A stretch of DNA of 63,679 nucleotides, filler included, from Choristocarpus tenellus KU-1152 (GCA_964200185.2; 13 parts of 13 records of this genome joined end to end with filler, not necessarily neighbours in it), one strand, 5' to 3'; shown: positions 13,501-26,889, numbered from the whole stretch's first letter. Made by a program: numbers and translations. The notes: a model not told the origin generated them from the letters alone.

Positions 13501-15321
13501 CCATTCCCCTTCAACCTTCCGCAAGACATTGTGAAGGTGTATGCTACACATACACTGGTAGCAACCAGCACCTACTTGCTAAACTTCGTTAACAATCCTG
13601 ACTACATTTGTTGCCATGTAGCAATTATCTTACCACAATATAATAAATCCTTCCTCATGGTCCTCTTTTTTAGGTTGCTGCAGCAGGCCTGTGCAAACCC
13701 AGTGTGCTGGAGGCAAAGCAGCAACCAGAGCGATTCTCTGCCCAGAAGTTTCAACAGGAGGCCCTTGTTGGTGAGTCAGGCATTGGTCAGTCTTGTTATT
13801 GTCTTGAGGAGTGTGTGGCAACATAATAATACTCCTTCAAGGATGCTACCATTGTTCTCTTAGAGCGACCTTTAATACAGATTTCTGGAGGGTGCTGGTA
13901 GAGGTGGGGTTAGGTTGATTTTTGTGGCACAAGGGGAGTACAACAAGTGAGGACCATTCAAATTTGGTTGTGGGCGTGCTTTTGTGAGGGAGGAGAACCC
14001 CTGACTGAGAATACATGTGATGTTAGGTGAAATTATGATCAACAAACATGGGAAATAGTCTCCAGATTCAAGCCCCAAGGAACTATTGATACTCATCAAA
14101 GAGTACCCGTTTTTGCTTCATTTATCTGGATGCGGTGTCATTGTCCCCCCCAGATTCATCTACTGTGGGGTCTTGCTCTTTTTTCATTGTGGTCCCATTC
14201 ATTTCTACCTCGATGATGTGGCATCTGTGTAGGTTACCCACAAATTGATCCAGTGAGTGATGACAGAGGTGACTCTGCCTTACTTTTTTGCTTGAATAAA
14301 TCCCCAGCCTCTGACAAGCCCATGCACTCCACAACATCAATTTGTGATAGCACAAGGGTGCTTACTTCACCACATACCATAAGAAGGTATTCTAAATCCC
14401 CTCACTCCATGCCCACCAATATCCTGTGCTTGTGCTTGTCCTTGTCTCATGACACACTCACTAGGCCTGGAGCGTATGACCTCAGAGCTGGTGACAGGGA
14501 TGCTCAGAGTGGTTGAGGAGTTTGACAGAGAGGAGGGGGAGATACATCTGGTGGCAGAACTCTTTCCCCCATTCAAGGACCTGTTCAATCAGATCAGGAC
14601 AGCTGATTCGGTGCGTTTTCCTGTTTGCTGCTATGTGATATTGCAATAGTGTTGTATATCATTATGAACTTATGTTCTTTCAAGCTAGCATGCTGACCTT
14701 GCTGATTGCTCCCTCTCACCATCTGCTCCGTGTTTTCCAGGAATTTGCCAGGCAGTGCATGCAGCACTACATCTCATGGCTGGAGGGACCCCCGAATAAT
14801 CCAACAGAGGATGAGGTAGATGCGTTTAGTTTATAGTCTTTGCTACAGTTGTTGCAATGATTATACTCCAAAAGTTTGAGATTTTTTTTTTAACATAAAA
14901 CAGCACAAGATATACAGATTTGACTGGTGAAATGAGTCCAGTTTGGGGATACAGTCAACAGATTTAGGTCTGACCACTGCTGCATATTTTTATTTTGGCG
15001 TTGTAATATCTACCAACCTAGATCTGTATGATGCACATCCACTATCCAGTTTTCCGAAAAGCAATCTTTGCTGCCCTTACCTCATCGCTCCACGGTATAA
15101 TGGAGATGTAACTCTCTGATATACAGAGCAGTGCTGTTCTTCCCAATTATAGGAGTGAGTGCGTTCTTGATTGCCTATTGCTTCACCGCTTGATATCAAT
15201 TCTTTTTTTGTCTTAACCTCCTCCACCATTTATCTGTGGGTATTTTTAGGTGGGCTTCCTCCACATTATTCTTTGCTTTATGAGAATCCTCCAGGAAGGT
15301 GGATCTTCCCTTGGCTTCTAA
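10508..15321 (+). CDS. Conserved unknown protein with a long disordered region and a U-box/RING-like module
   Basis: Exons 10508-10548, 10827-10908, 12159-13262, 13674-13770, 14465-14610, 14741-14815, 15250-15321 join in frame from ATG to TAA. Motif DPIMLT...YNLDSLVDYFLSTGDFTEPLTRLPF resembles a U-box fold. Confidence 0.7.
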
Positions 15322-15399
15322 TGTTGGACCAGCAAGGAGAGTGGGAGGAGGTTGCTAAATCTAGTGCCCAGTTATGGGTGTGCCATGTGCCATGGTGTG

Positions 15400-15560
15400 G
15401 TCGCCATTGCTCAAAGTATGTTATGCAGTTTGCGGTCGCTCTAGAAAGATAGGGGGTGATTACTGCCAAATGCTTGGTGATATCGTCCATGTAAAATTGT
15501 ACCATTTTTGGAAGAGTCCAAAAGAGGCAGCACTAGGTAGGTGGTGGAAGGCGTGCATCA
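15400..15560 (-). pseudogene. Degenerate non-LTR reverse transcriptase fragment
   Basis: The minus strand encodes VQFYMDDITKHLAVIT (YxDD motif); surrounding frames are broken. Confidence 0.4.
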
Positions 15561-16916
15561 TTTTGGTGAAGTGGGTGATGATGCATATCATCAGTTTAAG
15601 GATAGGGCAGAGATTTGGAGGGCAAATGTGTGGAAATTGGTGGGCAGAGTGAGCAGACCTGAAAAAGGAAAAGATGACCAAAGAGCTTGATTTTCATCTT
15701 GTTGAGTGTTGACACGGAGATGTGCTACAGTACGTACAATAAGTCCATCTTGCCCTCTCACTTGTGTTTGCCATATGATGAGGAAGGTAATATTGTGAGG
15801 GGTGGGTGTAACGTGTGTAAAGATGTCTTGCAATGCCTCAGGTGTGCCACACATTTGCAGGGTTGGGAGACAATGGCATGTGAAGGGCAAGATGGGGTGG
15901 GTTGTTAACTGGCAGTGGCTGGAAAGGTGGGTGGGAAGATTATTTGGGAGAGTATGTCCACAGTAGTGGTGGCCATACTCTTTCTTCAAATTTCCCTTGA
16001 AGAGATGAGACCTCTGTTCGGCCATTCTTGTACACAGTAATTTTACTGAAGATTTAGCACATGTGATCGGAGGGGAGGGGAGGGGCAAATGCAGGAGTGA
16101 CTTTTTATTTTTTTGTTTTTATCAAGATACACAGAGAGAGAAGTCAGAACAGGCAGGTGAAGGGTACTGCATACCAAGTCCTGGGCTTGCTGTTGGGGTT
16201 CATGTGTGCTGTTGCTGTACATAGCGTGATGTGTATATTAGGGTTGGTGAGGCATTCATAAAAAGGGGGGGGGAATGTGTGGGAAAGAAGCCCCTGGGTG
16301 GTATATCTCAGGTGATGAAATGGGATAGTGTTTATGCATTCCTGGCACATCTGAGCCGGTTGCTCCTTATCTGAGGCTAATCGAGTATCGCTTTTGCAGT
16401 ATCCATGGAAAATGTTGATTTGATCCCGACACATTCCTCAGCAGTCACGCCAAGATTGTGGAGTAGGAGTACAGTGCAATTTCCAGAGTCTGCGGTTTCA
16501 GTAGAGTGCAGTTAGTGGAAAGGCAAAGCAAGAACTATTGGGGTCAACATGATGACCCCATCAGATATGTTTTGCATCTTGAGGGATACAGTAGCCTAAG
16601 CGTGCGTGTATGTACTCGGTATGACGGTGTTGATTTCGCCTTTTTTCGAAGTTGGCATGGCATTCCATCTAATGTGCTCCTACTGTTCTTTTCTTCATCT
16701 TGTTGGTTGGAAGAGGAGGATATTTATCCTGGCATTTTATGCAAAGAGGTTTTGAGAGGGGAGAGGGGGGGGGGGGGGGGGGGGGACACCACCTTTTTTT
16801 TGGACAAAACCTTAAANNNNNNNNNNNNNNNNNNNNNNNNNNNNNNNNNNNNNNNNNNNNTTAATTAATTAANNNNNNNNNNNNNNNNNNNNNNNNNNNN
16901 NNNNNNNNNNNNNNNN

Positions 16917-17415
16917 CTGCAAAGCACGGATGTATTTATTCTGTTGTAGCTGATGTCATTGATCTCTCAGTCAAGAATTATGCGATGTGAATTTAGTGTT
17001 CTTTCATGTGGTACTAAGTCCATGCTATGTGGAGAGGCTTGTTACCTTGACTGGCAAGGGTTTCCGCGGATGGTTTTAACTCTAAATATATTAAATCCAT
17101 GTGTGTGTTTGATGCACAGTTTGCTGAGGAATCATGGTGTTGCGAAGCACCGATGAGTGATATGCGTAGTCTATGTTATGTATATTAGGTGTGATTGTGC
17201 TGCAAAGCACGGATGTATTTATTATGTTGTAACTGATGTCATTGATCTCTCAGTCAAGAATTATGCAATGTGAATTCAGTATTCTTTCATGTGATACTCA
17301 ACGAAAGAAGTCCATGCTCTGTGGAGAGAATTGTTACCTTGGCTGGCAAGGGTTTCCGCGGATGGTTATAACTCTGATTATATTACATCCATGTGTGTGT
17401 TTGAGGCACAGTTTT
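16917..17415. repeat. Direct duplication of about 210 bp with a 283-bp period
   Basis: CTGCAAAGCACGGATGTATTTATT... occurs at 16917 and again at 17200, with near-identical downstream sequence. Confidence 0.9.
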
Positions 17416-18124
17416 ACAGAGTAGTGGCATGACGCAATTCGAGAGATCAATGGCAGTTACGAAAGAAATAATAATCAACCATCAATGTACAACTGTCATC
17501 TTCTCCTGATAAGGAGAAAGAGAGAAAGAGAAAAATTAAACAACAGAACAACAGAACAACAGAACAAAATCGAAACAATGTGATGCAACTCAAGTGACGT
17601 ACACTATACTATACAATTTGTGTGGAACGCAGAGCGACTGTTTTGAACTAAGGCGTTCTGATTGTAGTTGATGTGGTGATGACTAACTAGTGAAAGTAAC
17701 GTCCAGAACGTAACAGACCGATCAACAGTGCTGACTGGTGGAACTGTATGCCCGACTGAAAGAAGTGGAACACTGTTGAAGGAGTGTGACGTACGGCTAC
17801 GAGCAGGAGAAAAAAATCAAAAATGTTGAAGAAAAGAGAATGCAGTTCAAAATAGGGGGAACTACAGAATACAAAGAGAATTGGGAAGTTGAATTCAGAT
17901 TAAATCCAATACTTCCTGGAAGAGAAAATAGCATCAAACATATCCAGATGTGTCTAGTGAAGACATCATAAAACGATTCGAAAAGACTACAAATGTAACA
18001 CCGTGCTAAGTAAGAGTGGAATTCCTACGATGGGGGAATATGAAAAAATCGAAGATCTTGGAAATGTTGTTGATGATCTTGTAATCGTCAGCTAGTTGGT
18101 GTTGTGGGTAAAGGTTATTGCCAG

Positions 18125-18590
18125 CGACGTCCATTCTGTGTACAGGAGCGAAGTAAGCGCTGAAGGGGTTGTGAGTGATGTCCATGGCGTTCTGCATGCA
18201 CGAGCGATGTGAAGTTCTGGGGTGGAGTCAATGCGTGGGCCGCGATGTCCATGTCATCTTGGTACACTAACGGAACATGCGGTGAGGTTGTAGATCGCGG
18301 TGTCCATGTCGTCTGTATACATGAACGAAGTAGCGTTGGGGTCGTTGTGAGTGATGTCCATGACGTTCCTCATATATGAACGATGTGACCTCTGTGGTTG
18401 TAAGTAATGCTGTCCATGGCGTCAGGCGACACGAACTAAATAAGTACTGCTATGCGATTTTATGAAGTGATGTCCATGGTGTCTTGGCCTACTAAGTGCT
18501 GCTTTGAGGTTGCAAGTGGTGATGTCCATGGCGTCTTCGTACACGAACGGGTTAGGTGTTGATGTTGTAAGTAGCTATGGCCCTGACGGT
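18125..18590. repeat. Degenerate array with conserved GATGTCCATGnCGT core, period 51-67 bp
   Basis: GTCCAT at 18129, 18180, 18247, 18302, 18356, 18412, 18472, 18524. Confidence 0.8.
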
Positions 18591-19350
18591 CTTGAGCAAT
18601 TTCTGTGATGTGTTGTGGTGGGTCTTGAGAAGGTTCTATGATGTGTTGGGGGGTGAGTCTTGTGCTGGTTCTGTGATGTGTTGTGGTGGTTCTTGAGCTG
18701 GTCCTGTGATGTGTAGGGGTGGGTCTTGAGCAGAGTCTGTGATGTGTGGGGTTGGGTCTCGAGCTGTTGCTGTGATGTGTAGGGGTCGGTCTTGGGCAGG
18801 TTCAGTGATGTGTGGGAGTGGGTCTTGAGCTATTGCTGTGATGTGCAGGGGTCGGTCTTGGGCAGATTCAATGGTGTGTGTGTAGGGGTCTTACGCAAGA
18901 TATGTGGTGGGTGGTGGTCTTGGACGGGGATTGTGGTGGGTAGTGGGAGTCTTTAGCAAGATATGTGGTGGGTGGTGGTCTTGGATGGGGATTGTGGTGG
19001 GTAGTGGGAATCTTGACCAGGATTTGTCGTTGGTTATGGTGGTCTTGAACAGGATTTGTGATGGGTGGTCGGAATCTTGAGCAGGAGATTTGGTTGGGAT
19101 GAGAGTGTTTCTTGGGCATTCTGTGGAATAAGTCTTGACCAGGTTCATTGGTGTTTGTGGTGGGTAGTCGGAATCTTGATCAGGAGATGTGGTTGGTATG
19201 AAGGTGTTTCTTGAGCATTCTGTGTTATGGTTCTTGACCAGGTTCAATGGTGGGTGTGGTGTGTGACTTGAACTGGAGTTGTGGTGCATAGATGGGGGGG
19301 GGATCTTGAGCAGGGAATGTGGAGTGTGTGGGGGGGTGCTCTTGGGTAAG
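18588..19350. repeat. Degenerate GT-rich minisatellite, about 31-bp unit (GGTCTTGAGCnGGTTCTGTGATGTGT...)
   Basis: A TCTTGA-like motif recurs about every 29-33 bp, roughly 20 or more times. Confidence 0.85.
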
Positions 19351-19613
19351 TGAAGGTGTGTGTGGTGGCTTGTAAACACGTGTCGATGTTATGGTAGCGT
19401 GGTGAGGACATGGGCGCGGCTCTCGGAAAGTAAGATGGTTAGATCTGGGTCTGTGACACGATGTGGGCAGGGTGAAAGAGTTGCCTGAGTGTGGAGTTTG
19501 TTGGAGGTGCAAGGGAGCAGTGAGTGAGGTGGTAGATAGTATGGAGGGTAATGACAGTTTGGTGGATGGTGTAGGGATAAAGACGGAAGGGCAGGTGTGG
19601 GAATGTTGTGGGT

Positions 19614-19651
19614 GAGTGTGCAATATAGACTATAGTCTATATTGCACACTC
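19614..19651. repeat. Perfect 38-bp palindrome
   Basis: GAGTGTGCAATATAGACTA|TAGTCTATATTGCACACTC. Confidence 0.95.
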
Positions 19652-19896
19652 CCCCATGAGCGTGCAGCAAATTTGCTGACAAAGCTCACNNNNNNNNNNN
19701 NNNNNNNNNNNNNNNNNNNNNNNNNNNNNNNNNTTAATTAATTAANNNNNNNNNNNNNNNNNNNNNNNNNNNNNNNNNNNNNNNNNNNNGTGGAGTTTGT
19801 TATTGTTTTTTTTAGAAAACAGAAGTATAAAAAGCGGGGGGGGGGGGGGGGGGTTCTTGTTTCGTTTGTTTTTTCTACAAACAAAAAAATAAACAG

Positions 19897-20077
19897 GGTT
19901 TTGAATGAGATGGAGGCGGAGGAGGTAGATGAGGACCCGTCGTTGAGGTTGGACCATGACAGGAAGGCTATGGCGGAGAGCATCCCACTAGAGGCTTGCT
20001 TTGAAAAATTCTTTGAGCGGGAGCAGCTGGGGGAGAAGGACCCCTGGTACTGCTCAGGTTGCAAGGGCCACTGGCGG
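19897..20077 (+). CDS. Internal exon of a ubiquitin-specific protease (USP4/11/15-like)
   Basis: IPLEACFEKFFEREQLGEKDPWYCSGCKGH matches the USP motif LxxCxxxFxxxExLxxxxxWYCxxCK; flanked by AG and GT. Confidence 0.85.
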
Positions 20078-20564
20078 GTGAGCAAAGGAATTTTAAATTT
20101 TTGATTTTAATTTTTGATGAGTTTAAATCGATGCCCGCAATCGGTTCCCTTTTCTTCCTCTGGTGTGTGTGTGTGTTTGTGTATTTGAATTTTGAAATGG
20201 TACTGTTGTTACCCCTCTCTAGGTGCAAGTTGTTTTTGTTTTTGTTTTGTTTTGTTTGTTTGTTTGTTTGTTTGTTTGTTTGTTGTTGTTGTGAATTGTA
20301 TATACATGTTTTTGATTGTGAATTGTATCATTGATGTAACCGGATCAGTGCTGATTGTTGGGTCCGTTTCTTCTGACCTCTGGACTGTTTCGAGAATTTT
20401 CCTGGAATATTCCTGGAATATTCTATTCTGGGACTCTACTTGTTCGAATACTGTTTGTGCGCTTTTGTTTGATCATATCGTAACATTCTAGATTCGATAC
20501 TGTTAACACCAAACCATTACCCAGGGGTGTGTGTATGTGTGTGTGTTTTGTTTGTGTACCCTGA

Positions 20565-20705
20565 ACATTGATAATACTAATAATATTCATAATGTTGATA
20601 ATACTGATCATATCGATCATCTTGATAAAGCTAATCATACTGATAATATTGATTATACTGATCATATTGATCATGTTGATAATACTAATAATACTGATCA
20701 TATTG
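20565..20705. repeat. Low-complexity repeat with 9-bp period (GATCATATT-like)
   Basis: Repeating gat(a/c)at(a/g/c)(c/t)t units. Confidence 0.8.
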
Positions 20706-21482
20706 CCTGTAAGCTTCAGTGGTTATAATGATATCCTGGTCTTTGGAGGGGACTGTGTGTGGTTGGACTCCTGTAGTAACAATAGTGATAATCATTGTTG
20801 CCTTCTGTGTATATGCACTGAGAAATAAATAGTGAATACGCTCTTATCAATTTGTGTAGGATGTATTCTAGTTATGGTGCAAGATTGTGAAGAGTATTGG
20901 AGTTGATGAGTCCTGCTAGTACTTGCTACTACTGTTGTCTGTACTACTATTGTCTGTACTACTGTTGTCTGTACTGTGTGACCTCCGGAATCACAATGCC
21001 CCCTGCCCCCTGGAATGTATTTTTATTGTTTTTTTTCTCCTTTTTATCTTCTTGTGGTACATGTATCTACTTTTGGAGGGTGCAATATCCATAACCCTTC
21101 CTCATTTTTTTTTTTTTACAGGGAAGTCACGTTGTGTGTGTGTGTGTGGCAATGCATTATGTCCCAAATAGTCACTGGGCAGCAACCCACGAAGTGATTG
21201 GAAATTGGAGGTAAATGAAGGACTGTGGTAATGAAAGCAATGATCTGGATGAAGGTCGTCCAAGTCCGGTGTTTTAAGATTAGAATGTGATGCAAGAAGA
21301 TAGGACATACTCACTGTAGTGGTGTTGCACTGATAAGAGTTGCCTTAAGAATCAGAATGTCATTCGAGAATGAGATCAGAATGAGATCAGTAACATGTGT
21401 GTTTGTCTAGTAACAATGTCCAAGGATAAGTTGGTCCTCCGTGTACATGGTGTACAATTATCTCTCTGTCTTAGAAATATTT

Positions 21483-21746
21483 TAGTCAAAGTATCTTAGA
21501 CGGCAGAGCTGAGTCTGTTTGGGGGTCCAAAATCCAATGTTACAATTTTGATGTAATTTTGGCTATCATGTTTGTTAGGAAGTGTCAATATCCTTGTTCA
21601 GGATGCACCTTTTCATAACGTATACGTTTTACCAACTCCGAAACATTTTGGAGTGTAGGGAAAATGTCACAAGAAAACCCCAAGGAAAGCCAAGCCTCAA
21701 ATGGACAATTAGGGCAAAACTCACACCCTCTAAAATACTTTCACTC
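21483..21746. mobile_element. MITE family 1, complete copy, TSD ATTT
   Basis: attt|TAGTCAAAGTATCTTAGACGG...CCCTCTAAAATACTTTCACTC|attt. Confidence 0.9.
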
Positions 21747-22029
21747 ATTTGTGTGTGTGAAGCACTATTGCAGTGTATAGATCAAACCTACAATAGGGAC
21801 AGGTTGGAGGGCAAGCAGTAGCTGTTCGTACTTGAGCTCTGGAGTGCCAAATGGACTGGCAACGGGTTGGTTCAGAGTGGCCCGTAGCAGGCCGCTCGCA
21901 GCTTTTTTAATTAGGGTTACATAGTGTTGGCACTCTTTCTTACTGAGAATTGAGAATAGATAGATAAAAATAAATAAAAAAAGTAATCTTAGTTGAGTTG
22001 TTTCTGTTCTTCGAGAAGTAGATTCTTGA

Positions 22030-22158
22030 ATGGGAGATTAGTGTTCCAGTTTATAATGGGAGATCAGTGTTCTAGTTTATAATGGGAGATTAGTGTTCTA
22101 GTTTATAATGGGAGATTAGTGTTCCAGTTTATAATGGGAGATTAGTGTTCTAGTTTAT
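22030..22158. repeat. 26-bp tandem repeat, 5 copies
   Basis: ATGGGAGATTAGTGTTC(C/T)AGTTTATA. Confidence 0.95.
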
Positions 22159-22585
22159 CGTTTTTAAACGTGTCGAAACGACGGACGATCGCTTCCGGTG
22201 TGTGTGATAACCCTAGGAGAGGCAGCCTTCACCATTTTTGCCACCAATATGAACAGGGGGTTTTGAATTTTTGAATTTTTGAAAGTATCATCTACGCGTT
22301 CAAGAGTGTTTGGGTCGAAACTGATTTTCCGGATACTTTTATTTTTTCCCCCATGCATTTCACTTCCTCCGTTTTTGTGGAATTTTATTTTATGCAACGT
22401 AACTCTTACGTTTTTTTTATGTTTTACGAGCTCTGATCTGACCCGTGTGGGAACAAATGGTCCGCGGGATAGAGCCAGCTCTGGGCGAGGCCTTGCTCTC
22501 GCGTAGAATAGTTTGTGGGAAGAGGGCCCTGCTAAGTTTGAGACTGTGGGATTTCATGACTGCGGAGGATACCTGGTGCAAAGTT

Positions 22586-22729
22586 GACCAAGTCGCATTT
22601 GATGGGGTTGGAAAAACCTCATGAAACTGTCAAGACCAAGTCGCATTTGATGGGGTTGGAAAAACCTCATGAAACTGTCAAGACCAAGTCGCATTTGATG
22701 GGGTTGGAAAAATCTCATGAAACTGTCAA
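22586..22729. repeat. 48-bp tandem repeat, 3 copies
   Basis: GACCAAGTCGCATTTGATGGGGTTGGAAAAACCTCATGAAACTGTCAA at 22586, 22634, 22682. Confidence 0.95.
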
Positions 22730-23447
22730 GGCGGGGGGCGTTTATTGAGATGCCTGACTAAGGATGAGGGAGGCCCCCTGTCATTCCAGTGGCTCTCTCT
22801 CTCTCTCTCTCTCTCTCTTATCTCACCGTTGCCCATTGGTCACAATCCTTGAGCCCACAGAAGTGTATCTGGGGTCCAGGCACGAACGCCCTGATCAAGA
22901 ACAGCGTGATGCGATCGATGCCTGGAGGCGAGAAGGGTGTGAGACTTGGATGCCTTGAGGGACTGCGGCGACCATCGTGGAGGACTTTGAAATTCCTGAA
23001 TCACTGTGTTCCGTCATGGGGTCAAAGTATCTGGGGGNNNNNNNNNNNNNNNNNNNNNNNNNNNNNNNNNNNNNNNNNNNNTTAATTAATTAANNNNNNN
23101 NNNNNNNNNNNNNNNNNNNNNNNNNNNNNNNNNNNNNTTGTTTTGCCTGAACGGACGCCCCCTCACAAACCCCCCCTCCCCCCCCCCCCAGATACTTTGA
23201 CCCAGTGACTTATATAGTGCAGTAGCAAAGCACTTCACCATGTGATTGAAAAAAGAGTGCAGTCCGCTGCTCTCATTCTAGAACAAAATCCCTATGCCTG
23301 TTCAACTGGGCCTCATTCAACAGTCACTCAACTCTGATAAAATTGTAATTTAGGCATACATACATCTTTGTGTTTCTTAAGATATGTTGTATACTGCTGT
23401 CTATGCTCCTCGTGCTAATCGTATAATTCGCAACTGTGCAAAATCAG

Positions 23448-26400
23448 GTGTCAACTATGGGTACAATGAACAAGGAAATGGACACCCTTCGATCTCGTGC
23501 TCAGGAAGCGGATCGCCTGGAAGTTGAAGCCAAGGCAAATTCAGAGAGGTTGTCAGAGCTGGAAGTCCTGTACAAGGATGAGCAGGTATGTATTTGTCAC
23601 AAGGCAAGCCGGAAGACTGGTAGTTCAACAGGTCTTCAGCAGCAATGCACGTCACACCCAATTCTTGCACATTGTGTTGGTATCAAAGAGGTAGCACCAT
23701 TTATCGCACTCTCACACATTTATACCTACTTCAACATGTTGTCCACATGAAGATCATCTGCCTGTTTGAAATCTCGTGACATTAACCAGCTCCTGCGGAA
23801 GAAATACTGGAATATGATGGAGGACATGAAGGGAAAAATCAGGGTCTATGCTCGTTGCCGTCCAATGGCTCAGTAAGTGCTTATCTGCCCTGATCAGCCC
23901 TTTTGCTATCTTCTCAAAAGGTAGATGAACCAAGTAGGCACTGCGCCATTTTGGCTACCAGCAGTGCATATTGTGTCACCTCACATTCTCATTGGTGCAT
24001 TGCATTGCCACACTGCAAAAAAATACATCCAACAAGGGCGATAGAACTACCTCCTCCCTTCTGTGTTGTCAAAGAGACTCGTCACCACTACTCAGCACCT
24101 CTCCCGAAGTCAGTACTTCCTTTCAGGTTTCAAACCAACTAGCATATGCATGATCTGGTACCTACACAGGTACGAGATTGACCGCGGATGTGAAAAGGCC
24201 GTAAACTTTCTGGATGAAGCCACCCTGGAGGTGGCCAGCAATCGAGGGCCTAGGCAATTTATCTTTGATTCAGTCTTCGCAGAAAGTCACTCCCAGGCAG
24301 AGGTTTTCGAGGACACCAAAAACCTCATTCAGTCTGCTTTAGACGGGTGAGCTACCACCAACACACTACTGTGTTCCGTGCTGTCAGTTGTTTGTCTCTC
24401 TTATCCGCATTGCAGTCACCAGAAACGTTTTCTTGCTCCATTATTAGGGCAAGGAGGTCGTACTGTACAGCCTCCCCTCTTAATTTGTCATTTGCACACC
24501 ATTTTGGATATAGTAGTACTTGTAGTAGGTATTGTGTGCCCCAAACGAACTTAGAACACTGGAATTTGTGGATATCTTCACAATGGACCTCTCACATTTT
24601 CTTAACAATGTTAATTTCTTCCCCGGCCGCAGGTACAATGTGTGTGTCTTTGCATATGGACAAACTGGGTCGGGAAAGACCTTCACTATGACAGGGGCTG
24701 AGGGTGATCTCCGTGGCCTGACTCCTAGGACGATTGATGAAATATTTGGCTTGGTGGCGAATTCCAAGGGAGCACTGGAGGTAGGACCATGAGTGTTTGG
24801 TCGACTATTCAACTCAAAGACTAGCAAACGTTCATATTTTTTTTCCATGGAATCTAAATTATGAGGCCTTGATCACAGAATAGTCATGTCCACTGTTCAG
24901 TACAATTAATAATAAATATTAGAAGAGGAAGTCTCGTGCGGTAATGATATATATATACAGGCTAACCGGTAACTTATTTTGAGGACACTGCGTCTCACAA
25001 GCTACGCTACTGCTCTTGGCATGTCTCTTATAATTGTTGTTGTTGAGTCAACCACTATCCACTAAAAAAATCCTTCACATTTTCTGAAAAGACAAAGCGT
25101 GATCCTTTCGTAAGGTCACGGTGACGTGCTATTTTGTGGAGTTATACCTGGACCAACTGCGCGATCTCTTTTACGCTATGGATCACCCAAGAGACAACAA
25201 CCCACCAAAGTTGGACATCAAGCTGGACGCCAAAAAAATGGTTTTCATCAAGAACGTGGTGATGAAGGTAAAGGAAAAAACATGTCACTTTCATACATGG
25301 ATTCTTCTCATGAATACAGTGTTCCTCTCTTTCCTGTGTCGATCATGAAGACCCTGAAGTCTGAATGCAATAGCCAAGAACATAGGGCAATGTCATGGCA
25401 GCTTGGTTAGAGGATGGTATGAGAGCGAGGGGAAAATAGATATTATGGTTGTAAAAAAGAGCTCTACGCTGGCATACTCTCGTAGTTTGTGCTCACGATG
25501 AAGGATATTCAAGAGGTAGGCAGATGCTATTACAGCTGCAGTAGCACCTTTTTTCTCAAGGTGAAGGTGTATTCCGAAGTATTCAAGACTTCCAGATAAT
25601 GTGGAAAATTCGGCATTGGTCATGAAGGTCAGAGTCGAGAGAAGAAAGTTGGAGTATACGACCAGGAGGTAAGTTGAGGAAACCCGTAGATACACTACTG
25701 TAGAGGATAGCAGGTGCACTAGTTCATTAGGGGTCTAATGAGTGCAACGAAAAATGAGAATTAGCTTCGTAGTAGTATTTGCGGGCGTATCAACAAATCC
25801 CCCTTGATTACTTCCTCCTTTGCATAACTTACAGGCAATAACATAGCCTCTTCGTGTGCTGCAACGCAATTTGTGATGTTGGTAGTAGGCAGGAGGTGTG
25901 AGTGCATCTAATGGGATCCGTTTCACGCAATAAGTGTGCGCTAGCCACACCAAGACCGCAATAGTGTGTGTCGAGAGTTTCAAACATGAAACAACACAAC
26001 ACTTGAAACTATGCTTTCTTCTCAGACTCAAAGTATCTTGGGGGGGGGGGGGGGCCAAACCCAGGGGGTGCATTGGGACAAAAACAGNNNNNNNNNNATG
26101 AACAAAAAAAAAAAAAAAAAAAACTTAGAATTGGTTTCTTTCCTCAAAGAGAAGGGGGGGGGGGGGGGGGGGGGGGGGGTCTACGCCAGAGTGTTCATTT
26201 GGACAAAACCAGGAAAAGTGCACTTTCATTATCCATCCGACATATGGAACCAAATCACCTAATATCGCGACATGAAGAAAATGGTCCCAAATGGACAGCT
26301 GCCACTCCTCCCAGATACTATGAGCCTCAACTTCGCGCAAAGTGTCATACAGCTCATGCAAACTACAAGACTGTACCCTCACTTACATTGGCCTTGCACG

Positions 26401-26889
26401 ACTTTCCTGTCCCACCTTGGCCAATGCCGTTTTGGCTTACTAGTGTCAAAGTGGTTGTATATAGTTTATTTGAAGCGCTTGCGACACACAGAAAGACGCC
26501 ATCTCAGCAGTCGAAAACCTCGAATCGCTTAGCCGTTTTGTCGAGACACACGACTCTCATGAACTCAAAGTACACAACCAACAGTAATCCATTACACTAC
26601 ACATCAGTCCGAATCAAACAGACCGGAGGCGTTCTGTACACCATTCGCGTTAACAGAGATATGAAGACTGCCCATGAGCATCCCTGGTACTAAGTTAGCT
26701 CCAAGAGCGCTGTTTGCATCAAGCGATCATCGACAATGCACCTTCGCTATCTCAAAATCTCAGGAAGCAAGAAATGCGCAAGACCTTCTTCGACTGTTCA
26801 CCCTTGGAAATTCACAGCGAAAGGTCGGAGGCACCAAGATGAACGCTGAGTCCAGTCGATCCCACTCCATTTTTGGCATTCTTGTCGAG
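23448..26889 (+). CDS. KCBP: Kinesin-14, KCBP-like C-terminal motor (partial)
   Basis: Exons 23448-23585, 23790-23872, 24170-24346, 24633-24780, 25115-25267, 26764-26889. Neck [32 protein letters not shown]-loop [10 protein letters not shown], switch I NAESSRSH. Confidence 0.9.
26025..26326. mobile_element. MITE family 2 copy in a kinesin intron, both ends present, internal gap
   Basis: tca|GACTCAAAGTATCTTGGGG...CCCAGATACTATGAGCC|tca. Confidence 0.75.

Noticed and set aside
18125-18590. CRISPR array
   Set aside because: The core is short and degenerate, the spacers share residual similarity, no cas genes are present, and the context is eukaryotic.
20423-20828. Ile/Leu-rich ORFs here and at 62701-63018 as membrane proteins
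   Set aside because: They are translations of simple repeats.
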